From a virus, in IMG/VR virus record IMGVR_UViG_3300033144_003548: a DNA stretch of 64,000 bases, one strand, 5' to 3'. The position numbers and the translations under genes are program-made. Each line of letters begins with the position of its first letter. Position 1 is the stretch's first letter. The notes beneath the pieces are model-generated. The model ran no database searches and was not told the origin of the DNA. It was given only the letters and a program-made list of their open reading frames with translations. Of the stretch, positions 56,345 to 64,000 are shown piece after piece.

Positions 56345-57397
56345 CTAAACATCTAGTGTATATCCTCCTATTGGATTCCAATTAGCTTTGTAAATAGGTG
56401 AACCAAATGTATATTCTCTAGTTAAGTTCATATCAGTTAAACCATCTTTTTGAACCACAACTACATATCCATTTGTTTGTGGTTTAGAATAAAACCCCTG
56501 GACTGCATAATCAGGAACGTAACACAAACAGCCAGTCTCCATAATTTTACAATGACCACCTCTATAAGTCGAACCGAGCATATGAGTATGAGATTGAATT
56601 ATGCAATGATAATTCTTTAAATCCAATACCTCTTTCCACTCTTGGATTAGTTGATAAACATTGACTGCTGCCTTCAAATCAACCTTAGAAAAAGTTTCTG
56701 CGTGTGTAAAGATTGTATCGTTTATTTGCAAAATGGGGGTCTTACAAACTACCACTCTTTCGAAAGGTTTTGCCAACTTACTCATCAAGTCACCATCCAT
56801 CAAGAATAGCAAAGAAGGGTGGAGTTTCTTCATCAACTCCTTAGCAATACGTTTCTGATGATTCCCCGCAAGTACTAACGTAAGAGGAAACGTCTCATTC
56901 ATAAACTCAAAATATCTTAGAACATAATCAATTTCTAGCTCCAAAGGAACACTTAGATTCTTATTAAACCTAGATATTGAATAGCAATCTGCCACCTCTA
57001 CCGTAACTGCTAAGTCTGCTGACCGATTTCTGTTTACCGCAGTCTGAATTTGGTCATCTACCTGAAATGGAATATGCAAGTCACCCAGGTGCAGTATTTT
57101 CAAACGCTCTTTTAGCAATTCAACATACGGACCTTCAAACTCGAAAATCTTTGGAACTTCCTCACCTTTGATTATTTCTTCATACTTCGAAAAGTATGGC
57201 ATTTCTGGACGAGGTTTATCAATTAAAGCTGTCTGTTCTTCTAATCTATTTAACTTATTGTGAACAGCATCCCTCGTAAAAATTTCATTAAATTCATCGC
57301 TCATCAACTTAGCGATTTGGTTTTCGCTGTACTCTTCTGGATCATTAGCCAGTTCTGATAAGCGATTTACTTTCTCTGGTGTCCAATCTATACTCAT
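56345..57397 (-). CDS. Metallophosphoesterase with N-terminal HTH
   Basis: WTPE...TRDAV..K; GDLHIPF, GNH, SHTH, ETGCLC. Confidence 0.75.
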   Translation of the reverse strand: MSIDWTPEKVNRLSELANDPEEYSENQIAKLMSDEFNEIFTRDAVHNKLNRLEEQTALIDKPRPEMPYFSKYEEIIKGEEVPKIFEFEGPYVELLKERLKILHLGDLHIPFQVDDQIQTAVNRNRSADLAVTVEVADCYSISRFNKNLSVPLELEIDYVLRYFEFMNETFPLTLVLAGNHQKRIAKELMKKLHPSLLFLMDGDLMSKLAKPFERVVVCKTPILQINDTIFTHAETFSKVDLKAAVNVYQLIQEWKEVLDLKNYHCIIQSHTHMLGSTYRGGHCKIMETGCLCYVPDYAVQGFYSKPQTNGYVVVVQKDGLTDMNLTREYTFGSPIYKANWNPIGGYTLDV

Positions 57398-57909
57398 ATA
57401 AACTCCTTCAATATTTCTAACGAATTGTCTACTTGAGTTTCATCAATGAACAGAATACGCCAACCATAATCCGAAAAGTAAGCCGACCTTTCTGCTTTCC
57501 AAGTATCCAAATCTCTACTACCTAAATTCTTAAAATACCTATAATAAATATCAATAGCAATCTGCTCGCTGCTATGAATAAAGTCAGGATTCTTAGTTCC
57601 TAACATAAATGAGCCATCCCCAACAAAGACAAACGGTAAGTTATTGTCTGTAATTATTTTCTGGAGTTTACTTTCTAAAGAGGTAGGTATCCTTCTGTGC
57701 AGAATCTTCCTAATACGCTCTTTGGTAAAAACCTCTCCCTTATGAGAATCACTCATTTTCTTCCTAGTCGCATCACTCCAACTCTTACCAGTATTCCAGG
57801 GTAAAGTTCCTTTCTTAGACTCGCTAATCTTTTGCTTACTCTCCTCAGAATGATGTTTACCTAGAAAATTTTTATGCTTGTTCGTTCTTAGATATACTCC
57901 CTTCGGCAT
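57394..57909 (-). CDS. NUMOD3-repeat homing endonuclease (Vsr/DUF559-like)
   Basis: GKHHSEESKQKISES repeats; PDF...GWRIL.I.E. Confidence 0.75.
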   Translation of the reverse strand: MPKGVYLRTNKHKNFLGKHHSEESKQKISESKKGTLPWNTGKSWSDATRKKMSDSHKGEVFTKERIRKILHRRIPTSLESKLQKIITDNNLPFVFVGDGSFMLGTKNPDFIHSSEQIAIDIYYRYFKNLGSRDLDTWKAERSAYFSDYGWRILFIDETQVDNSLEILKEFI

Positions 57910-58149
57910 TTTCTCTGTGTTTATAAACTCTATTTGTTTGCCTTGGGCACTTTCTCCACATCTCAGGATTTATAGCCCGACATTTTTTTGACATACGATT
58001 ATCGCAGGGTTTCAAATTAGCATTAAAACAATTAACTGCTACCCTAGTATAGTAGTCAGGAATTTCTTCCTCTGTAAATAAGTTATAGAATCTATTTGAT
58101 TTCAAGTACAATCCACCGTCAATCGCAAACTTTTAGATCGAAGAAACTC

Positions 58150-58797
58150 TCATAATCTAGCTACCATCCTTCCTACTTCCCATTGATGGTCATATAGATG
58201 AAGTCCTTTGCTTACTGCAATCAATTCCCCATCCTCAACACCAATGTCCTTAGCCATCATTTCTTTCATAAGTTGGATCGCTGCCAAATTAGCGGGGAAT
58301 CCTCCCCACAAATCCCAAGAACGGAAATAAACTACATAGTGCAACTTCCCGTATCTTACCCTAGTATCTACCAACTTTAAGCAGGGTGGGTCTGGTAAGT
58401 AAATAGAATTCTGATCACCAATAGTCATTGTTGCTTGGTTGGTGTTAAAACCATCTTCTTGATACATTTTACATATTTCAAAGAATTGAGGTTCAACATA
58501 CTCACCATACGTATACTGTTCGTTTGGTTTTTTAGTATTAACCATCAAGTAAGACATATACTCCTTTTCAATATAGTCCATTGAAGTTGGGGCGGGGATT
58601 CCTTCTGGTGTTGTTGGAACAAGTGGTCTTGTTCCAGGATGCTTTATTTGGCATACTATGAGATCAAACTCTTTTCTCTTGCCACCAGCGTGACTCCCTC
58701 TGTCTATCGTATATTCATAGCCGTGCTCAAGAACTTCCTTAATGCACCGCCACCACGCCTCATCTAGATCTCTTACCTCTAGAACGGTTATTTCCAC
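58150..58797 (-). CDS. thyA: Thymidylate synthase (short form)
   Basis: YTYGE, DPPCL, FRSWDLWGGFPANL, HLY. Confidence 0.85.
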   Translation of the reverse strand: MEITVLEVRDLDEAWWRCIKEVLEHGYEYTIDRGSHAGGKRKEFDLIVCQIKHPGTRPLVPTTPEGIPAPTSMDYIEKEYMSYLMVNTKKPNEQYTYGEYVEPQFFEICKMYQEDGFNTNQATMTIGDQNSIYLPDPPCLKLVDTRVRYGKLHYVVYFRSWDLWGGFPANLAAIQLMKEMMAKDIGVEDGELIAVSKGLHLYDHQWEVGRMVARL

Positions 58798-58892
58798 GTT
58801 TTCGCTCTCTCCTCGCTTCCTTTAATTTCCAGCCATCTTTGGAAACTCTTCTTAGTTCCCTATCTAACCCAGGGATTTCGTAACCATATTCA

Positions 58893-59354
58893 TCAATTAG
58901 ACTTGCCCTTTTTAGACTTCGCCTGCTCATTTTTTAACTCTTGCAACTCCAAATAAACGTTCTCCATTTGTCGTATGATTTCTTTCATAGTCGAAAATGG
59001 AATCACAACAAACTTGCTCATTCCGTTTTCTGCTGTGAATTTAAATTTCATTGCCCAGGCTGGAAGAAGATCAGCAGCCTTAGTTTGAGCAATATGTTTA
59101 TCGAACCACTCACGGTGAATGGTCATATACTTCTGGTTTTCTTTACTGCTTGTACCATAACCGTGCTTACACTCGATAGAAATTATATCCCTCATCCAAG
59201 GAAAATTCCACTGAACATCCCCCACAAGAACGGCGTGCCCAGTTATAGTACCTACCGCTCCAGATTTATATAATCGCTTACCATACTCACCACCAAGAGC
59301 TTCTGTCTCTTTCTCAAAGGCATATCCTTTACGCTTTCCCATAATTCTCGTCAA
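58893..59354 (-). CDS. Holliday junction resolvase (Hjc-like)
   Basis: KRKGYAFEKE, SGA, GD, IECKH. Confidence 0.7.
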   Translation of the reverse strand: MTRIMGKRKGYAFEKETEALGGEYGKRLYKSGAVGTITGHAVLVGDVQWNFPWMRDIISIECKHGYGTSSKENQKYMTIHREWFDKHIAQTKAADLLPAWAMKFKFTAENGMSKFVVIPFSTMKEIIRQMENVYLELQELKNEQAKSKKGKSN

Positions 59355-60927
59355 ACTCCTTTACCTTTTGCATCACACTTTGTTCTGTAACCTCATCACC
59401 TGTAATGAAGCTCTCAAAATCGTTCACGTCATCAGATGGTGGTGGTTCAGCTTCCGTAAATTTCAAAATATCTTCGTGGAAATTAAGTTTAATCGCTTCG
59501 GTAGTTGGACCTGATCTGTGCTTATCTATTCTATACCAAGCTTCCCTTCTCTCAGTTATGTTTATCGTGCTCTTACGGTGAAGCAAAATAACCGTGTCCG
59601 CAAAGTTCTCTAAATTTCCACTCTCTTTCAAATCTTCTTTAGTAGGTTCTGCACCTGCTTTATCGCTACGCCTTAGCTGACTAACCAGTATCATAGCGAT
59701 GTTATTATCTTTCGCAAAAGAAGATAGCTTGTCCATTGCGTCATCTATCTCTCTTCTGATGTTATCACCATAGAATCTTAGCTTCTGCAAATAATCTATT
59801 ACCACCACATCAACTGGTTGACTCAGCATATGCCTTCTAATACTACCAAGTATATAATTAGCAGATTGAGATCCTCTATCCTCGATGTATAAACCGTCAG
59901 GATAACTGTTCAAAACAGACACTTGGAAAGCGTGAATCTTTTCTACATCTACCTCACGGATTACGGCTTTCTTCCAATCATCTATAGAAATCCCAGTATT
60001 AGAGCACACAATCCTATCAATATACTCCTCTTTATCAAGCTCTGGAGTATATAAAAGAATCCGCAAACCATTTTGTAGCATTACAGTTATCATATTCCCT
60101 ACAAAAATACTTTTTCCAATGCCTGTTCTAGCAGCAACAATTGTTGTCCTTTTCTTGGCTATGGCACGATACTTATCCAACCAATAAAAGCCAGTTTTAA
60201 TTCCAACATACTTCTCAGGGTGTGCTAATCTGTCTTCGTATCTGACATATGCTTCTGGAAGAAGGCTACCAATACTAACAAGCCCGTGCTTATTTAATGA
60301 AGTATCGGCAACAATAGCCTGTAGTTGAGAAACTGCGTCCACTATTTTGAGATCATTAAACCCAGGTAACGATACCAATTTTCGTGCTTCTTCTTTTATT
60401 TTGGATAGTCTCCACTTCTCCCATACAATGTTTACATAACCCTCTGTAGTTTTTATGTCCGTTGATATTGGAGAAGCAATTATCTGAGTTAGTGCAGGTA
60501 CACCACCAATAAAATCGAGCAAAGTTTGTCCATTATTAAGAATCTTCTTCTCACACGCATCCACCACAAAGTCAAAATTGCAAGTTCCCTGAGTCAACCT
60601 TACGTTAAGAACTACAGGATAAAGAAGTCTACATTTACGCTTCAAAAAGTGCTCTTCACGCAGACCGCTTTGAGCTATGAACTGAGCAGCATCTTCATCC
60701 TGCATAAAAATACCAATAAGGGATTCCTCGGCATTCTCCACAGGAATCTTTACTTCTTCCTCGGTCTCAACAACATCCTGAATTTTTGTTACTTCTGGCG
60801 GAGCACTATCATCTATAACTTCCTCACCACTGGGCATAGGAGGGGTATCCTCTCTCTCTGGTGGTGGACGAAACTCAGAAGCTCCACCTAAAGGATGAAG
60901 TATTTTATTCTCTTTATCTTCTGCCAT
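59329..60927 (-). CDS. dnaB: Replicative helicase DnaB
   Basis: AARTGIGKS, IDYLQ, VSQLRR, DLKESGNLENFAD, KHRSGP. Confidence 0.92.
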   Translation of the reverse strand: MAEDKENKILHPLGGASEFRPPPEREDTPPMPSGEEVIDDSAPPEVTKIQDVVETEEEVKIPVENAEESLIGIFMQDEDAAQFIAQSGLREEHFLKRKCRLLYPVVLNVRLTQGTCNFDFVVDACEKKILNNGQTLLDFIGGVPALTQIIASPISTDIKTTEGYVNIVWEKWRLSKIKEEARKLVSLPGFNDLKIVDAVSQLQAIVADTSLNKHGLVSIGSLLPEAYVRYEDRLAHPEKYVGIKTGFYWLDKYRAIAKKRTTIVAARTGIGKSIFVGNMITVMLQNGLRILLYTPELDKEEYIDRIVCSNTGISIDDWKKAVIREVDVEKIHAFQVSVLNSYPDGLYIEDRGSQSANYILGSIRRHMLSQPVDVVVIDYLQKLRFYGDNIRREIDDAMDKLSSFAKDNNIAMILVSQLRRSDKAGAEPTKEDLKESGNLENFADTVILLHRKSTINITERREAWYRIDKHRSGPTTEAIKLNFHEDILKFTEAEPPPSDDVNDFESFITGDEVTEQSVMQKVKEFDENYGKA

Positions 60928-61909
60928 ATCCCTTCCTCTCTTGTAACCACAGCCATCTGTCAGCATCCATCGCCCCTCTGATACAATTCTCAAAGGACTT
61001 CACGCCATTACTTATAATCAAGGAATCAATATCCATCTTCTCTTGTTTAGAAGTTTTATAAAGAACAGCCACTTTAAGCTGTGGAATTTCTTTCTTTAGC
61101 ATCTTAGCCATTAAATAAGCAGGGGAACGCAACCCCGAAATTTTATCGTTATCGGCAGCTAGAATGACTTCCTTATTCTTAAAAACCTCTGACCACCCAC
61201 TACTCCAACCAAAAATACCAGGAGTGGCAACCACTGGAAATCCGTATTGAATAGCTACAAGAGCCTTAAATTCTCCCTCTGTAATGATAATTGTTCCCTC
61301 TTTTTCTATAATATCGTGATTAAACAAAAAGTTTGCCCCCCTTGCTTCGTGATTGCCAGACAGGCTGATATAAGTAGGTGTATTCTTTTTGTAAGCAAAA
61401 ACTGAGTCTAATATTCTTCCTCTCAAATCTACAACCTCGCCCTGATAAGTATACGGGATAACAATTCTATTCGATAGAATAGGATAACTTTGATAAATCA
61501 CACCAGAATCTTCTGCAACTTTGTTTGTATAATCATCATAAAAATCAGTTCCACAAAAACCTAGTCTGAACCTATCAATCGTTTCCTGTGTTAGCCCTCT
61601 TGTCTTTAAGTAATCAACTGCTTCTGGAAATAAATCAGCGTGATACTTATCAGCAAGACTTGCGTATAACTTCCTGATTTCAGGAATATCAAGCTTTGGT
61701 TCTTCTACCTCCTGAACCTCATACCCCTCTTCGGGTGTTATGATACCCTTAGCAGGACAATGCCAACATCTCCACCTTAATTTTGCTGTATTGAAATTGG
61801 CATCTCGACAACCACAAACGGGACAAACTCCAAGTATTTCATTCTCTTTACGTGAACGAATTTTCAAATCGTCCACAACTTTCATACTTATGTTCACTCT
61901 AGCTTCCAT
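60914..61909 (-). CDS. dnaG: DNA primase (Zn finger plus TOPRIM)
   Basis: CPVC..CWHC, YLKTRGL, RIVIP, ITEGEFK, AADND, KMDID. Confidence 0.88.
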   Translation of the reverse strand: MEARVNISMKVVDDLKIRSRKENEILGVCPVCGCRDANFNTAKLRWRCWHCPAKGIITPEEGYEVQEVEEPKLDIPEIRKLYASLADKYHADLFPEAVDYLKTRGLTQETIDRFRLGFCGTDFYDDYTNKVAEDSGVIYQSYPILSNRIVIPYTYQGEVVDLRGRILDSVFAYKKNTPTYISLSGNHEARGANFLFNHDIIEKEGTIIITEGEFKALVAIQYGFPVVATPGIFGWSSGWSEVFKNKEVILAADNDKISGLRSPAYLMAKMLKKEIPQLKVAVLYKTSKQEKMDIDSLIISNGVKSFENCIRGAMDADRWLWLQERKGYGRR

Positions 61910-62416
61910 TCCTTCCCTTTTTCTGACAGCTAGTACAGACGCCAGTAACGTTATCAATCCTTATTTGCTTACCACAGAACCTGCAAGCTGGAGGCTTCTT
62001 GAAGTTAAAAGGATCATACTTTTGGGCATAATCCAATGTAGCTATCTTACCCTTCTTCCTTTTCTTTGGTGGTTCTCTATGCCAAGTGGGATCTTGCTTG
62101 AACCGAGCCAGTTCGGTATTCAAGACAACTCTAGTAAGGTAGGCAAGTGCCTGATACTTGTCTTTACGCTCAAGATCAGGCAATGCCAGCATAGAAATAC
62201 AAGCCTCAAAAACTGTGGGAACATCCGTTAGCTGTATGAGCCTGAGAATCTCGTCTTTACTTACGTGCAAATGCAATAACGCACTAACACATCTTTGTAA
62301 CTTGATGAGTAATTGCTTTTTGCTCTCTTTTGGTAGTGAATTCCAATCTTGATTACCTTCTAACTGCCCCCTCCACCAACGGATTAATTTGTCACTGTCC
62401 TCGATGTTTGCAGTCA

Positions 62417-63181
62417 TTAGTCATCTTTCTTTTTAAATACTGAATAAAAGTCCTCTCCATCCAATATCCTTTGGATATTAGCGACATCCATTGGTTTCAC
62501 AATCTCTTTAATATTGTACAACTTTTCCTGCCAATTTTCACCAAGAATCTCATCCAGATTTAGCTCAGTTGGTGGTTTAGGAACACAAATCGTAGATGTT
62601 TGATCACCACTTCCTCTGGTATCTAATTTGATGTCATAAGAGTTAATGTCACCAAACTCATCCTCAAAAGCGATGAACTGCTCTGCAATTCTAATCCCTT
62701 TCTGGAAAATCTGAATTTTGTTTCTAGGTCCTGATTCTACATCCACCAAGGATGCACCACAATCAGGATTTGAACACTCCTCTGGAAATCCAGCCTTGGT
62801 TTCGTAGTAATCTGCTCCGCAATTTGGACAGGTAACTACGGGAGTTCTATCAAGAACGTTGAATGTGTAAACCTTACGTGAATTCAAAAGATTCTTAGGT
62901 TTCTCTTCCTTCGCTCTCAATTGCTTGTTCCAATCACAAATTGGACATACATCCCTTCCTGGGCAAATAAAAGACATCCCCTTACCTGCGTTTGCATTAG
63001 GGAATGCCACGTGTTTCTTGGGCACAAAATGTGACCAACTTATTACTGGAACTGAATCCAAAATCCTGATTACTGTTGTGTGTTCTGGAGTTAACTTTAT
63101 AAAATCTGATCCTGTCGAAACTCTTTCCCGTTTTTCCCTTGGTTTGGTACTCTCCTTAATCGCTTCACTAAATTCGCTCAT
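62417..63181 (-). CDS. Single-stranded DNA-binding protein (gp32-like) with Zn-ribbon insertion
   Basis: VIRIL, C...CP.C, FNVLDR, YDIKL...GSG..T; next to primase and helicase. Confidence 0.65.
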   Translation of the reverse strand: MSEFSEAIKESTKPREKRERVSTGSDFIKLTPEHTTVIRILDSVPVISWSHFVPKKHVAFPNANAGKGMSFICPGRDVCPICDWNKQLRAKEEKPKNLLNSRKVYTFNVLDRTPVVTCPNCGADYYETKAGFPEECSNPDCGASLVDVESGPRNKIQIFQKGIRIAEQFIAFEDEFGDINSYDIKLDTRGSGDQTSTICVPKPPTELNLDEILGENWQEKLYNIKEIVKPMDVANIQRILDGEDFYSVFKKKDD

Positions 63182-63201
63182 TTAAAACTCCTTTTTCTTT
63201 T

Positions 63202-63504
63202 ATTGTAGCATACAACGAGGCAATTGTCAAGCCCCACAACTTCTTACTACTTTCATCATTCTACTAATATTATAGCATATTAACAGGCAATTGTCAAGCC
63301 CTTAAAGGACGTAATAGGTATCCATTAAGAACCACCCCTGAAAATTCGGCTACTCTTAAAAATATTCTCGCCCCAAAAAAGCTTCATCTTCAAACTTATA
63401 CTCCATCATAGGAGAAAAATTATCTGCTTGCATTAATTCAAGAAGATTACTTACCTTTCTTATTCCTCTACTGCCATTATACCAATACGAGAGTTGTCAA
63501 GCCC
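63202..63504 (-). promoter_or_regulatory. Three tandem copies of the GGGCTTGACAA promoter
   Basis: 63202-63230 and 63269-63297 have 17-nt spacers; 63476-63500 has a 13-nt spacer. Confidence 0.75.
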
Positions 63505-64000
63505 TTTTAGCAAAAAACAACCCAACAATTTAGGCAAAAATCTGTTCTTCCCCAAATGATATTACTTTTCAAATAAAATATAGCACCGAATGCTTCATCC
63601 TCTAGTATTTGGATAAAATTTCTTTGTCGTTGGGTCATAAATATACGCTACAGCAACTTTGTGGGATGTAGAATCTGAAGGGATGGGAACTTCATTTATG
63701 TTATCATCTCTAAACTTCAACATCTTAATCAACACTATTTACTTTTTTAATATTTTCCAAAGGAACACCTTTGAACTTCGCAATGTCCGCTATTGAAACA
63801 GTGCTCAATTTAGCAATATGGGCAGGTCCTTCAGGTGGTTCTGGGGGTGCGTATTCGTAATCAATTGAAAGTTCGGCGTAATCACTACCTGAGTCAAAGG
63901 AGTGAAAATCCCTCAATCTCTCACTTGTAGGGTCGTTTTCAAACACTATTGCTAGTGCATTACCACTTGCCCAACCAGCTTGGTCAATAACCTCCTGAAT

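Noticed and set aside
20887-63185. Plus-strand ORFs in the minus arm, and minus-strand ORFs of the track within 592-18586
   Set aside because: They are antisense shadows of well-supported genes or tRNAs and lack recognisable motifs.

Overview
64 kb of a large, AT-rich dsDNA bacteriophage genome (standard genetic code; no virion structural genes recognised here). Genes run on + from 1 to ~20 kb and on - from ~20 kb to the end. The right part is a replication, recombination and nucleotide-metabolism module (SSB, primase, DnaB, family A polymerase, RecA, ThyA, dCMP deaminase, RNase H). The middle holds 30 tRNA genes covering all 20 amino acids, an RNase P RNA, a Ro60/TROVE gene with an array of Y RNA-like genes, and bS21-like and IF3-C genes; the left arm adds a CCA-adding enzyme and a peptide deformylase. 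Most notable: (1) at least 33 mostly unrelated small proteins share one Cys module, CxxCxx[RK]FxC[FYW]T; (2) the RNase P RNA carries an entire HNH endonuclease ORF inside one hairpin loop; (3) one tRNA-Ile has two tandem anticodon arms (UAU and GAU); (4) 14 tRNAs are followed within 1-6 nt by the ATG of the next gene, suggesting tRNA-punctuated, leaderless translation; (5) five or six Y RNAs flank Ro60. All calls were made by eye from the sequence; no database searches were run.
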